The notes under the pieces: model-generated
Told to the model about the DNA's origin: nothing
What the model saw: only the letters and a program-made list of their open reading frames with translations
The model's database searches: none
Source: Octopus vulgaris
Lineage: Eukaryota
Direction: 5' to 3'
Assembly (NCBI GenBank): GCA_951406725.2
Contig: OX597832.1
Span: 18,600,001 to 18,664,000 of the forward strand
Length of the DNA: 64,000 nucleotides
Shown: piece by piece, positions 1-14,225 of the stretch
How positions within the stretch are numbered: the first letter of the stretch is position 1
Layout: the number at the start of each line of letters is the position of its first letter
Made by a program: the position numbers and the translations under genes

Positions 1-56
1 CCTTGTTTGTCCTCTCTATGTTTAGCCCCTTGTGTGTAGTAAAGAAATAGGTATTG

Positions 57-295
57 AAGGCGGCGAGTTGGCAGAAGCGTTAGCACGCCGGGCGAAATGC
101 TTAGCGTTATTTCGTTTGTCACTACGTTGTGAGTTCAAATTCCGCCGAGGTCGACTTTGCCTTTCATCCTTTCGGGGTCGATAAATTAAGTACCAGTTAC
201 GCACTGGAGTCGATGTAATCGACTTAATACCTATGTCTGTCCTTGTTTGTCTCCTCTATGTTTAGCCCCTTGTGGGTAATAAAGAAATAGGTATT
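57..295 (+). mobile_element. tRNA-derived SINE, family A (AAGGCGGCGAGCTGGCAGAA head); preceded by the 3' end of another unit at 1-55
   Basis: A-box-like TGGCAGAAGCGTT, B-box GAGTTCAAATTCC, central GCCTTTCATCCTTTCGGGGTCGATAAATTAAGTACCAG; near-identical to copies at 20661 and 26015. Confidence 0.9.
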
Positions 296-1261
296 GTTCC
301 GAACGACAATTCTTGTCAATAATAATGGTGGTAATAGGGATGATGGTGATGGTCGTGGCCGTGTTGCGTTGAGGGGTGTTGGAGGAATTGGTGATGGCAT
401 TAGTAATAGTTGTGGTGACAATGGTCAGAAGAATAAGTTGGGGAATGAACCTTCTTCCCTTTTCTTCTTCGGTGTTTGTTTTCTTTCCTGAATGTCAGTT
501 GGAATTTACTTCAAATGAAACAAACGCGACAAATAAACAAAAGGACTACACAACTATTGATGTTGTGGGATATGCTGTGCTGTGTTATGTGTGTTTTGTT
601 GGTCGATTTTGTGTTGCTTGCATGTACTGTTGCTATTGTTATAACTGGTAACGTGTGTTGTTGGGTTTTCTCGTTGCGATATATTTTGTTATTGAAGTCA
701 GTGTGAATAGCAATGACACACAAGCTCGGCTGAATAGAGAGAATAAATTGGAAGTGAAATAGAAGAGAAAATACTTAACAAAACCAAAATTAAAAACATA
801 ATATAAGCATTGGTACATTCTAAAAAGCTTTACTAATAATATATACATGTACGCGCGTTTATTCATATACATGTAAACATATATTTTTATGTATACACAC
901 AAGCACACATACACACAAGGCCCAAACGCGCACGTGTATACATCACAGTATCGACATGATTATCATATACTGTAGTACACTGCTAGTCAGAATGAGCTCC
1001 CAATTCCTTCTTGATTGCGTCATTCTTTTCCATCTTTACACAAAGCGTTTTAACTAAATTGATTTTTTATAGTCATACAGGCCCTCAAAATGGCATTTTC
1101 CAGTCTCACGGATACCAGTCGGCAACTGCACGATTCCTTCTGGTGTCTGTGAAACTTACGATATGTCCAGCTGAGAGTTAAGTTTGCTTTCGGTATTCTA
1201 TGATGACATTGTTCACTCCGCTCCGTTCTCGAAATATTTTAATTTTGAATATGCTTTCCTA

Positions 1262-1409
1262 ATTGAGTTCAAATTCCACTGAGGTCGTCTTTGCCTTTCA
1301 ACCTTTCGGAGTCGATAAATTAAATACCAATTTGCGTACTGGGATCGATATAATCCACTGGGCACTCCTCCCTAAAATTTTCGGGCCTTGTGCCTAGAGT
1401 AAAAAAGAA
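1262..1409 (+). mobile_element. SINE family A, 5'-truncated
   Basis: GAGTTCAAATTCCACTGAGGTCG...GTCGATAAATTAAATACCA...GGGCCTTGTGCCTAG matches family body. Confidence 0.8.
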
Positions 1410-2914
1410 TATGCTCTCCCATTGGTATTACTAGCATAGATCTTTCTATGGCCCTTTGGGCCGTAGCCAATTGATGTTCTATCCCCTTCGTTGAAAACCA
1501 CGTCTAAACTGCGTATAGGAGCGTAGGCATGTGCTACTGAAGCGTCTGGCAGATATGGTATTATCTTCTGTATTTTCATTACATTCTGAAAGCAGGTAAT
1601 GCTACTGGAAAGACGGCCTCATAACAGTTATGTTAAGACGCGGGGGTGGAATGCTGCAGAAAATCGTCATACGCATCAATTTTTATTTGAAGGAAAGTTA
1701 GATACCATAGTTGTTGAAAGTGTCTATTACTAACTTGCTTCATAAGAAGATAAAATATCTGTCTCAAGTTCCAGTGGATATGACGCTTGGATCAGATATT
1801 GCGCCAATGTGTAGACACGAGAGTCTCAATCATTTTTTGATAGTGGACGGCTTTGATTCTTATTTTACTCTACTGGACCCAAACAGCCATTTCAAATTTT
1901 GAAAACAAAAAGAAAAAGCACCCATTATAGTTTTCTAATTAAATATCATTGGGAATTGTGCAAGGTTAAATGAAGGCCTTCCAGTTTTTATTGAATATGA
2001 AGCTAGGGTTTTAAATATACAGTTATTATCAAAAGCGATATAAATTTGAATTTTTGGTTTCGTCTGCGTCAAATACAATAACATGCCGAATATTAATGTA
2101 AACTGGTGTACACTTAAGCAATTTAAAAATGTGTAGATAAATTTTCCAGCTTACTTTAGAAAGCTGGAAACTAAATCACAATATACAATTTCGCGTCCTG
2201 CTCTAACAATAGGTCCGCACGGATGAATGCCATGCGAGGGAATTTTGTAGCTGGAAACATTGTGAAAGACAGTCATGTATGTATGTGTGTGCAGAAGGGA
2301 TTTTCTGGGCCTTTGTCTGTGTCTGTGTTTGCGCTTATTTGTTATGTTATTGATTTCCTTTTTCTATGACTGGCAACCAAAGTTGGCTTGTTTACCTGCC
2401 CTTCATTTAGCGGTTCTGCAAAAGGTGTCCACTGACTGAAACAGGTAAAAGGTTTGATATAAAAGATACATAACATTTATTACTGCTTCCTCGTGAAATA
2501 TCATCAATAGTTAGCAAACAAACTTAGAGCACGATATCATTACAATAATTAATATCACAAAGTACAGTAGCATGTGATAAAATTATTAAATGAATAGGAC
2601 TACCGTAACCATGCGTCTGCGTGTTAGAGGACAAGAGATGAAGATAGAAATGTGATCCTGGCTGTCAGAGTATGCTTCGATGTGGGACATTCTTAGATTG
2701 GCCTTAATGTGAAGGTCTCTAGTGTTTGAAATTCTTCAGCATCCGTATGTTCACATATTTTTCTACGAAGTATACTTTTCTATTTCATATCCTTCGCCTC
2801 TGCCTTTGTTAGTATGATCTTTCTGAATTACCCGCAAAAACTTGAGAACATTTTTTTTTTTTGAGTGTACCAAAATGTTTTGCTCTTGTAGCAAATATAA
2901 GCAACTGTCGTCGT

Positions 2915-3101
2915 GGTCATCAATCACCATCATCATAATAATTATCATCATAATCATATTCATTATAATGATCATTATCATCATCGTCGTCGTCGTTGAC
3001 GTCGTCATCATCATCATCATCATCATCATCGTTCTAGTGGATACTACTACCATACAAGTACTAATGCACCTGCCAATGCTGCCGAGGCTCTACCGCTGGC
3101 G

Positions 3102-3181
<80 letters not shown>

Positions 3182-3195
3182 GCTACTACTACTAT
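2915..3195. repeat. (CAT)n and (TAC)n trinucleotide microsatellites
   Basis: Direct reading; (CTA)n run at about 3100-3195. Confidence 0.95.
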
Positions 3196-3432
3196 TAGGT
3201 AGATATATACGCATTACAACGAAAGCAAAAACATTATCCGTGAGGAAAACGCAAACTATTTCATGGGAAAATTTATGCAAAACAAAAGAAAAGAAACACA
3301 TAAAAGTTGTGACATCCAGATAATATTTCTCATAAAGTGTGACGTACAGGAGTTTTATGTTTTTCTTTAACTCGAATATACATACATATATGTATATACA
3401 TACATACATACATACATACATACATACATACA

Positions 3433-3466
<34 letters not shown>

Positions 3467-3487
3467 CACACACATATATATATATAA

Positions 3488-3555
3488 ACATTAATCCCTC
3501 GCCATATCGCGGGGGATTTGGCGCGTAACACCCACGATAGTCGAGGGTTTAATGT
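3488..3555. mobile_element. Tiny fold-back element with piggyBac-like termini
   Basis: ACATTAATCCCTCGCCATATCGCGGG...CCCACGATAGTCGAGGGTTTAATGT imperfect inverted repeat; TTAA(T)CCCT...AGGG(T)TTAA. Confidence 0.45.
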
Positions 3556-3743
3556 ATATCTCTGTCTGTCTTTCTCTCTCTCTCTTTATATATCTGCCTA
3601 TATCATTAGGTATTCATACAGTCTAATCTTAAATATTTTTAGCATTCTAAAGTTTATATATCCCCACCTTTACTTTGTCATGCATACATACCTACGTATG
3701 TGTATGTATATATGTATGTATATATGCATATATATAGATATGT

Positions 3744-3780
<37 letters not shown>

Positions 3781-3785
<5 letters not shown>

Positions 3786-4322
3786 CAAAATGGGACAAGA
3801 ACGCAAAACATCAAGATGGTTATGTGATACAAAAAAGGGACAATATATCCAAATAGATGATACAAAGAAAAAAAACAAGGACGGATCATTTGTAGTTTTC
3901 TTTCCTCCGTCGAATTACACATTATCTTTGCAATTTCGGCTAGTTATACCCGAGATTGCTCCAATCTGGCCAGTTCGAAATAAAAACTAAGCTAAGAGCA
4001 TTAGATTCCTTGAAGAAAAGCAGCGAATGTATACGAAAACAAGGACGGAAAAAATCGAAGAATGTTACACAAATACAAATGCCAATAACACTAAGGACAA
4101 GCCTTACGGCAGGAATATGAGACTTGACAGGCACAGGGAGGAAGATTTGTGTTGCATGAATGGTAGTCGAACCAAGAAAGAAATATCAGGGTTGCCCGAA
4201 CATCGGTCACAGCTGAACAGAAAACACCGAATGTCACTAACTCCTCACCAATTATCAGCAAGAGGGTCAAACGCAATTTTGGCTGCTATCGATAGCTCTG
4301 ATTCCATATCTGCGGGCACCAG
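3781..4322. mobile_element. (TA)n-associated interspersed repeat, family T
   Basis: AAAATGGGACAAGAACGCAAAACATC terminus and GCAATTTCGGCT...GAGATTGCTCCAATCTG core shared with 8731 and 63861; core also at 21780-21935 (inverted); (TA)n on both sides. Confidence 0.8.
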
Positions 4323-4868
4323 ATTTATATATATATATATATACATCTGACATGCGCACATTTTCATGGCACGAATTTGATGCAAGTTTGAGGACGTGCC
4401 TCTCCAATGATATTACCTAATATTTCTTTTAGAATTTTCGCGTAAACTGGCGTTGCAAGTGGAGATGGAGCAGAAACATTTGTAACACATAATTAAACAA
4501 GTGTAAGGGAATTTTCTTTGTCTTCTTCTGTTCTTAGGATTCTTTAGTCTTCGCCTAAACCATAAGATAGTATAATTGTCGTGAAACTTGGATTTTCTAC
4601 TTCAGATTATTCCTGCCTCGGCTTGGATCATAACAGTGTTGATATCCCAGTATTCGGGTTGAGAGCTTCTCTGGAGATGCCCCAAATTCTCACCCAACTG
4701 ACCTTAGCCATTTTCTCTCTTTCTCTTTTCTCATTATCCCTCATTTTCTCCCTTTCTCTGTCTATCTGTCTTTCTGTCTCTATCTCTCTCTCTCTATATA
4801 TATATACATATACATATATGCCTATCATATATGTGTGTGTTTGTGTGTATACATATAAATACATATGT

Positions 4869-4900
<32 letters not shown>

Positions 4901-5310
4901 GAATACAGAGAAGAAAAGAATGAAAGTTTCTTTAATATTTGATGTAGTGTGTTATATGTCTGATGAAATGAGATAACAAAATTACGAAACCGTTTAAATT
5001 CATAATCCAATGTAATTAAGGCTGTAACGGCATGTCATGACATGAGAAAAAAATAAACCATTTTGTCTATTTTTGTCGGAATTTGCACTAAAGTTTGCAA
5101 TCTCTGGTTGTTCTTATTACAACTGGGGAAACGAATAAACGTGTTTCGTTCGTAGCAGACACCCTTAGGCACATTCTTCATACTTCGTATACATACATGC
5201 ATATATATACATACATACATATATATTTAAATATATATGCACATGCATATGTATATATACATGTACATATATATATCATATAAACACCCATACATACATA
5301 CAACATAAAA

Positions 5311-5363
<53 letters not shown>

Positions 5364-5944
5364 TACGTATATATATATAGAGAGAGAGAGTGAGAGAGGG
5401 AAAGAGAGAGAGGTGGGTTAGAGACAGAAAAAGTGATTGAAGTGAAATTGGTCATGCATAATACAGGCGCACTCATACACACATACCCACTGAAACACAC
5501 ATATATAAATATGTGTAAGTATGTACACGTGTGTGTATGTATATATGTATATGTGTATGTATGTATGTATGTATGCATGTACTTAAATTGCACTTTAATT
5601 ATCCCCCATAGATAGTGAAAATATTTTCCATCGTAAGGAAAGACTCTATCACTAAGTTGAGACCCATAAACCCTGTGATTCTATCCAACAAGAGAAAGAT
5701 TCAGGAAATGCGTATTTGTGTGTGCGTGTTTGTGCTTTTTTGTATATGTGTGTTTGTGTGTGTGCGCGCGCTCGTGTTTGTGCGTGCGTGCATGTGTTTG
5801 TCTGTGTGCGTGTGTTTGTTTGTGTGTCTCCATGTGTCTGTATGTGTGTGTGTATGATGGTCGTTCCACGAAATTTAAGACTTTTTTTCAGAGATGTACT
5901 TATGTGTGTCTTGAGTTCTAGTACGATTTCTATATCATTATTAT

Positions 5945-6440
5945 ACGTCAAAAAATACGACATCCCATATTTTTTCCTATTTGTGACTGAAGTAGGCGAC
6001 TGCAACAGCACTTTTAATTCAACCTGCTACACACAGCTTGTCACAACTGACTAGTTTGCAGACGTTGGGACGTGAAGCGAATTTCGAAAGTTGCTATGCA
6101 ATGAACTTTTGCGTGAAACCGGGCAAAAACGCTATAGAATCTTTTGAAACGCTCCAGACTACTTATAGTTTAACATTTTCGCTTGCACAAGAGCTTTAGT
6201 ACCTGTCGTGGGGAGATGAGTGTTGGTGAAAGGTGTGGGTAGACAAGAAACCTCAGAACAAGAGACCTTAGATGTATTTGAGAAAATATGTAATTTTCTG
6301 TATAAAGACTGTTTTGTGATGTTAAAGACAACAGACATATACTCGTAAGTTAGTATGGCAACTGTGTAGAGACATTTTTACGAAGATCTTTGCATGTGCA
6401 AAAGTTATGCAAAACTTGTTCTCAGGGTGCTCAGTGACAA
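5945..6440 (+). mobile_element. Decayed Tc1/mariner transposase, N-terminal HTH region
   Basis: Frameshifted translation CYAMNFCVKPGKNAIESFETLQTTY...FRLHKSF...VSMATV*RHFYEDLCMCKSYAKLVLRVLSD resembles mariner RYAIKFCVKLGKSATETFEML...EDLGMRKVCAKFVPRVL. Confidence 0.8.
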
Positions 6441-7300
6441 ACATCCTGATAACCAAATAGGTCGTTTATATAGACTATAAATAGAAGCAGGCCCAAGATA
6501 TTCCTCTCAGGGACAGCTGGACTTGTTTGGATTCCACTGATCATAATGAGATGTGTTCTCTTCTCCAGGGAATACTCAGTCCAGTGTAATAGTTTTCAAC
6601 TGATTCCAACATTTCACAATTTTTACAGTAGGATATTGTGGTCAACTCTATAAAAGATTTATTGAAGAAAAGATATATGACATTAGAGTTTGAATCTGTT
6701 CCCAAGGCTTTAAGGACATCATCGATATGGTGTATGAGCTGTGTTAGACCGTTCCAGCTGCACCGAAAGACATGGTTTTAATTTAGGAAATTCTAGCTCT
6801 CCAGGGAGCTAGCTATCCCTAATCTCACCACCCTTTCAAACATTTTAATGAAATGGGAGGCGAATGATATTAGGCAATAATTGAGCGCGAGGGATATGTT
6901 TGCCTCTTTGAAAACCGGGAAAACAAACTGGGTTAAGAGCTGTTTCCGTATATATCCTGAGTCTAAAGAATTTCTCCAGAGGTTGGTTAGAAGGACTGCA
7001 AGATGGTATCGACATTCCTTCAGGAGACTAGCGGGGAATCCATCAGGGCCTACAGCAGAAGAGTATTTCATCTGATTGAATGCTGCTATGATGACTGAAG
7101 CAATAAGGGTTATGTCCGTGGGATCACTGAAGACAGAAGAATTTTGTTTCTGCAGTACTTCTGCCATATCTTTAGCATCATGTTGGAGAATGACGGTATC
7201 ATCAATCAGTGGACGGAGGGATGAGACATCGGTCTTAAGCTTACTTGCTTACTTGCATGTGAATAGAAAACTTTGGGGTTTGATTCTTTTTGATTCTTTT
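6441..7300 (-). mobile_element. Decayed CR1-like LINE reverse transcriptase fragment
   Basis: ORF 6793-7167 SSAVGPDGFPASLLKEC...LWRNSLDSG...PVFK...NYCLISFASHFIKMFERVV, continuing past stops to LTQLIHHIDD...VIYLFFNKSFYRVDHNILL. Confidence 0.88.
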
Positions 7301-7377
7301 TGAGTACCCATGGTCCCATTGTATCTTTTTGATTTTCAATGCAAATTTTCATGTGGGCCTGCAGATGAAGTGATATA

Positions 7378-7440
<63 letters not shown>

Positions 7441-7467
7441 TATATATATAGATATATAGATATATAT

Positions 7468-7526
7468 AGGCTGTTCTGTTGATCGGATCAACTGGAACCC
7501 TCGTCGCTCTAACCGATGGAGTGTCG
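7468..7526 (+). mobile_element. 3' tail fragment of SINE family C inside (TA)n
   Basis: GGATCAACTGGAACCCTCGTCGCTCTAACCGATGGAGTG matches the 3' end of the copy at 43775-44153. Confidence 0.75.
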
Positions 7527-7576
<50 letters not shown>

Positions 7577-8652
7577 AACCTAAGATCCATGAATCAATGT
7601 GTTAGAAAGCAGTAAGCTTCGCCTGGTCGGTAGAATGTATAAAAAGCAACTTTCAGGAACAATAACAGTTATTGACTTTGAAGGTTGTAATCATTTCCCA
7701 TATAGCTGTTCGATAAGCACTAAAAAGTAATTTTATAGTTCACGGTTAGCAACTGGGGCACTGTATATTTATGTATGTATGTATATATGTATGTATGTAT
7801 GTATGTATCTATTTATCTATCTATCTATCAATCTACTTATCCATTTATATCGAGAGAGATAAAGATAGATAGACAGACACATACATACATATATACACGC
7901 ATACATATTCTTATATATAATTATACATATATCGAAGCACGGCTACAAAGATTCGCACATGTCTCTACATACGTTTATACATTCATACATACATACATAG
8001 ATTCATGTATACATACATACATACATGCATGCATACATACATACTCACGCATTCAAAGCGTACGGCGGACATGATCCTGTATACACGCGTTCGCTCATGC
8101 ACACGTATACACATACACCCATGCAATACCTAGTCCGTTCATGGGAAATAATGTATTTTTATATTTCTCTATTGTAAAACTCCATGGGAATACAGCGTCG
8201 TCTCTTTGAAATACCTCAGCGACACTACAGAGAAACATCTTTTGTTTTCTTTGTCTCACACTGCAGACATATATTTCATACCGACTTTGGTTTTGTTTAG
8301 ATGAGATTATTGCTTTATTCATTCGCATAAATAAAACAAAGCAACAAATATTTAAAACAAAACAGCCAAAACATAAACTTCCAGTACGGTGTTGTTTATT
8401 GTTTTTTTTAATATTCTTTCATTTATTTTCTTTTCCATACATTTGGGTTTTTTTTGTTTTTTGTTATTCAACTGTTTCTGCGGCTCTTGGCGGGTTTTAC
8501 CAGAAATGTATCCTAGCTTTCATAAATTCTTGTCTGGAATATTGTTTAATAACTCTGATTTATTAAAACTGTCGACACCAACAAAATATTTTAGGGGAAA
8601 TATTTAATGCCGAGTTTAGTATAAACTCCACGATATAGCTGCTCTGTATGTC

Positions 8653-8730
<78 letters not shown>

Positions 8731-8736
<6 letters not shown>

Positions 8737-9012
8737 GGACAAGAACGCAAAACATCCGGACAACTAGGCGATACAAAAAGGGACAACAAAACATCCAGAT
8801 AGACGATACAGAAAACACGGATGGGTCATTCGAAGGCTTTAATCTTCAGTCAAGGACCGGATCATCCTCGCAATTTCGGCTGATTAATTTTGAGATTGCT
8901 CCAATCTGACCAGTCCCAACGAAAAACTAAGCTAAGGGCATTAGATTCCTTGAAAAAAGGCATAAAGTATCGAATGTGTACGAAACGAAGAAAGAAAAAC
9001 GGACGATGTTAC

Positions 9013-9017
<5 letters not shown>
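8731..9017. mobile_element. (TA)n-associated repeat, family T
   Basis: Homologous to 3781 and 63861 copies; flanked on both sides by long (TA)n. Confidence 0.85.
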
Positions 9018-9064
<47 letters not shown>

Positions 9065-9406
9065 GATTGACTTCGTCGATATTTTGTTTCGTATGCGTTA
9101 GCCTAATTATAAGCATGTATATTTGACTTTATTTGTGTAACGGCTAACTTCAGTAGAATAATTTTGTCAAATTAACTGACAAAAATAATTTTGGTGCGTA
9201 AACAAACTGATGATATGAACGCTAATGTTCAAAAGAAATTTCTTCTTATTTCCATAAAACGACATAAAATAAAACGAACTTCTCTCATAAATATTTTTTA
9301 AAAAATATATCAATTTGATTTTGCTTCTTAATTTTAGCAAATAATTTGTCTACTCTATATAATCTCAGCAAATTTGTACTCATCCCAAAATTGCAGTTTC
9401 TTTTCA

Positions 9407-9445
<39 letters not shown>

Positions 9446-9659
9446 AACATCCTAAATTTCTCTGATTCTTTCAATCTCACTGTATGTGTAGAGAGATTCT
9501 ATTACTCATTGCCTGCCACCAAATCTAGCATTTGGACTCATCCTCTTTCATTTATATTAACTCTCGCTGCATAGATTTTTTATCCTCTCATCATATCTGT
9601 ATATAATGTAACACGTGACTGGTGAAATCAATCAACCATGCATCATTACATCAGCTATT

Positions 9660-9715
<56 letters not shown>

Positions 9716-9820
9716 TTATTTATCTATCTCCCTCTGTATTTTTCTCTGTCTCACTTTTTCTCTCTTGCTCTGTATATATGTATGTGTGTGTATATATATA
9801 TATATATATATGCATGTATA

Positions 9821-10090
9821 TTTGACTGCGGGGACGTAAACACACCACCATCGGTTGTCAAGCGATGTTAGGGGGACAAACACCGACTCACAAACATATA
9901 CACACACTTACACATATGTACATATATACGACGGGCTTCTTTCAGTTTCCGTCTACCAAATCCACTCTCATGGATTTTGTCGGCCCGAGGTTATTGTAGA
10001 AAACACATGCCTAATTGCCACGCAGTGATACTGAACTCGCAACCATGTGATTGGTAAGCAAGCTACTTACCACACAGCCATTTCTGCGCC
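9821..10090 (-). mobile_element. tRNA-derived SINE, family B (GGCGCAGGAGTGGCTGTGTGGTAAG head), internally deleted
   Basis: ACGGGCTTCTTTCAGTTTCCGTCTACCAAATCCACTC...CTTACCACACAGCCA is the reverse complement of the 61312 copy. Confidence 0.85.
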
Positions 10091-10484
10091 TTTTAATAAT
10101 TTCTAATATTGTACCCATACCTATATTTCGTCGAGGCCTGTCGCCCGAGAGAGGGACAAAGGCGTGCATATTGCCCTCATCAGCAGAAAAAATTGAAAAG
10201 ATCTTTTATATGTGTGGGTACATGACTCAAGCTACATACGCTACAATATCATAGTAAAGGAAATATATTTCTTATTAAATGTATAAAGTAGAATCTACAC
10301 TCATAAAAAATACCGCTGTCTGTCGCATACAGGCCTGTCCTGCGACGAAAATTTTACCGGACGGGGCATTACGAGATACTGGACGGTTTTATTTCTTAAT
10401 GGTGAAAAAGATCGTGATTTACAAATATAGTGGAGAATTTGGACATCGTTGATGAAAGAGGGAGGGGATGCTTATGGTCATTAG

Positions 10485-11146
10485 GAAGAGTATGGTGGCG
10501 GTGCAAGTGTAGGTGGTAGTGGGGGGTGATGGTGATAGTGGTGGTTGGTTGTTGTTGGTGGTGGTGGTGGTGTTGGCGGTTGGCGGCGGCAATCATGATG
10601 GTGAGGAAGAGGAGGATGAAGGAGGAGCTGGGGAAGTGGAGTAAGTGGAGGGAGATGAGGTGTAAGAGGAGGAGGAGAAGGATGTACAAAGGGAAAGGTG
10701 GAGGAAAGGAGGATGGGGAAGGAGGGTGAGGGGATGAAGTGTGGAGGAAGGTGTCGATGAGTTATACGAAGAAAAAGAAGCAGAGGTACAAGAAAAGGAG
10801 AAAGAAAAGGGGGATAAGGTGGTGGAGGAGGGGGAGGATGGGGAAGCAGCAGCAGCAGAAGAAGAAGAGGATGAAGAAGATGCTGAAGAAGTGGAAGCAG
10901 GAGAAAGAGAAAAAGAAGGAGAAGAAGAGGAAAGAGGAGAAGAGAAGTTGATGATGATGATGGCGATGATGATGATGATGTTGGTGATGATGATGGCGTT
11001 GATGATGATGATGTTGGTGATGACGATGGCGTTGATGATGATGATGTTGGTGATGACGATGGCGATGATGATGATGTTGGTGATGATGATGGCGATGATG
11101 ATGATGATGTTGGTGATGATGATGATGATGATGACGACGACGATGA

Positions 11147-11180
<34 letters not shown>

Positions 11181-11200
11181 GGTGGTGGTGGTGGTGGTGG

Positions 11201-11243
<43 letters not shown>
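10485..11243. repeat. Purine/G-rich low-complexity block: (GGT)n, (GAG/GAA)n, (GAT)n with a ~33-36 bp higher-order unit
   Basis: Direct reading; GATGATGATGATGTTGGTGATGA(C/T)GATGGC repeated about 5 times. Confidence 0.9.
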
Positions 11244-11589
11244 CAAAATAAATCTCCGGCAGCTAGGTGTAAAATCGTAGCAAGATATTAACTAACTCGG
11301 GAGAGAAAGCCGTTGAAATCAAGGAAGAAAAAATAATACTAAGTAAATAAATAAAAAAATCAGGGGAAAAATAATAAAACAAAACAGCGTCGAAAGGAAG
11401 AAAGATTGGCTCCCTTAAGAAATGTTTGCGGGGGTTTTTGCTGCTTATGGGAGTGGCTTACCATTCTTTTCTCTCATTTGTCATGTGGAAATTGTGTAGT
11501 AATGGAGGGCCGTGGTGGTGGAGGGGCATAGATACTTAATATATGAGGAATATGTCAGCATTTGATTGTGGTAGTTATGATGGCAGGGG

Positions 11590-12640
<1,051 letters not shown>

Positions 12641-12659
12641 TGATGATACGAGGAAGAGT

Positions 12660-13145
12660 AGCAGAATAGGTGGCGGTGGTAGTGGTGGTGGCGCTGGTAG
12701 TGGTGGTGGTGGTAGTGGTGGTGGTGGTGTGGTGGTGGTGGTGGCGTTAGTGGTAGTGGTGTTGTTGGTGGGAGAGGTGGTCTCGTTCTTAATGGTAGTG
12801 AAGGTTACGAGTTTAGTGGTGGTGGTGGTGGTGGTGGTGGTGGTGGTGGTGGTGGTGGTGGTGGTGGCGGTGGTCGTGCTAGCGGTGGGTGTGATGGTGA
12901 TGGTGGTTTTGGGAGGGTTATGCTGAAGGTGATGGTATTGGTGGGTTGATGGATGAGGTGGAGGTGATGGTGATGTTCTTGTATTCGTTGTTGTTGTTGA
13001 TGGTGGTGATCGTGGCGGCGGTGGCCGCGGTGGTGGTGGTGGTGGTGGTGGTGGTGGTAATTGTGGAATATGGTGATGGCAGTGCTACGATGAGTTTGGG
13101 GACTTTAGAGGAGCTGTCATGAAAATGATCGTTGCGATGGTGGTG
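12660..13145. repeat. (GGT)n low-complexity block
   Basis: Direct reading. Confidence 0.9.
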
Positions 13146-13634
13146 CTAGGAGGTAGGTTGTTGAGCTGAGGGAGACGAAAACCCCCAAAAAACAAAGAAG
13201 GCAAAAAATAGAAATAATAATAAAGAAGAAAAATAGTAAAAGTTCCCGAGAACAACAACAGCAAAAAGAAAAAAAAAAAAGCATGTGGTTGATATGAGAG
13301 AAAAGAATGGGATGTAAAAGAGGCGAAAAGAAAAAAATGAAGCAGAAAGAAAAAACACTGCAACATCATAATGATTGACGGATGGACATAAGGAGTAGGG
13401 CGTGAGGGGAAAAAGGAGAGAAAAAGGAAAAAGAATTGAGGGACGAAAAGGGTGAGGTGCATACAATGAAAAATAATTACAGAGGATGAGAAATCTGTTA
13501 AAAAACAAAGATACGAATTTGAAGTGAGAAAAGAGGTTGAGGAAAATAGAAGATCGTTCCACCTGCGAGATTTAGATGATGGAATATAACGGTAAATGAA
13601 GAAAAAAAGCAGAATCAGATCAACGTATTAAATG

Positions 13635-14225
13635 TTGGTTTCAGTTTCTGGCACAAGGCCCGCAATTTCTTGGGTAAATCTATTACATCGTCCTCAATGC
13701 TCAACTGGTACTTATTTTGTCGACCCCGAAAGGACGATAAGGAAAGTGAATCTCAGCGTTATTTGGATCGGAAGGTGGCCATTTGCCCAAATTTGAAATC
13801 AGTATTTAAAGCAGTGACCCGGAAGAATCGTTAACACGTTAGGAAAAATGCTTAGTTATATTTCGTCCATCTTCGCGACCTGCGTTCAAATTCAGCCGAC
13901 GCCGTCAATAGGTTTACTCCTTTAAGGGTCAATAAAATAAATGTCAGTTGATATTAACGATTCGATTAACTTAGCCACCACCAGCACACCGAAATTTCTG
14001 GCCTTGTGCTAAAATTTGAAACCAAAAGTAATATCAAATTTAAGGCGGCGAAGTAACAGAAACAAAATCGCGACTAACAAATTACTTAGCGGCTTTTCGT
14101 CACCTTCGCGTTCTTAGTTAAAATTTCGCCGATTAAGCAACTACCAGTTGAGCACTAGGGTCACCTTAATTGATTTAAGCCCTTACCCTAACTTTTCGTC
14201 TTTGTGCCAAAAATTTGAAACCAAT
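13635..14225. mobile_element. Cluster of three decayed SINE family A copies (one minus at about 13635-13770; two plus at about 13808-14025 and 14042-14225)
   Basis: CTGGTACTTATTTTGTCGACCCCGAAAGGA; GTTCAAATTCAGCCG; AAGGCGGCGAAGTAACAGAA; shared TGTGCCAAAA(A)TTTGAAACCAA ends. Confidence 0.75.

Noticed and set aside
22-204. Recurrent peptide MRNWYLIYRPRKDERQSRPRRNLNS (also at 20623 and 26374)
   Set aside because: Antisense translation of SINE family A, not a protein family
1394-1902. Short ORFs with faint Helitron- or pogo-DDE-like words
   Set aside because: Similarity too weak to call without a search
8860-8945. TCCTCGC suggesting an HDV-like ribozyme L3 in family T
   Set aside because: P3 and P1 partners could not be identified
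9206-9245. CTGATGA...hairpin...GAAATTTC hammerhead-like string
   Set aside because: No stem I pairing and extra unpaired bases on both sides of stem II
10120-10185. Minus-strand CTGATGAG...CGAAAT
   Set aside because: Stem II does not close next to the core and there is no stem I or III
10741-11280. 179-aa Glu/Met-rich ORF
   Set aside because: Low-complexity purine repeat with GTG start and no domain
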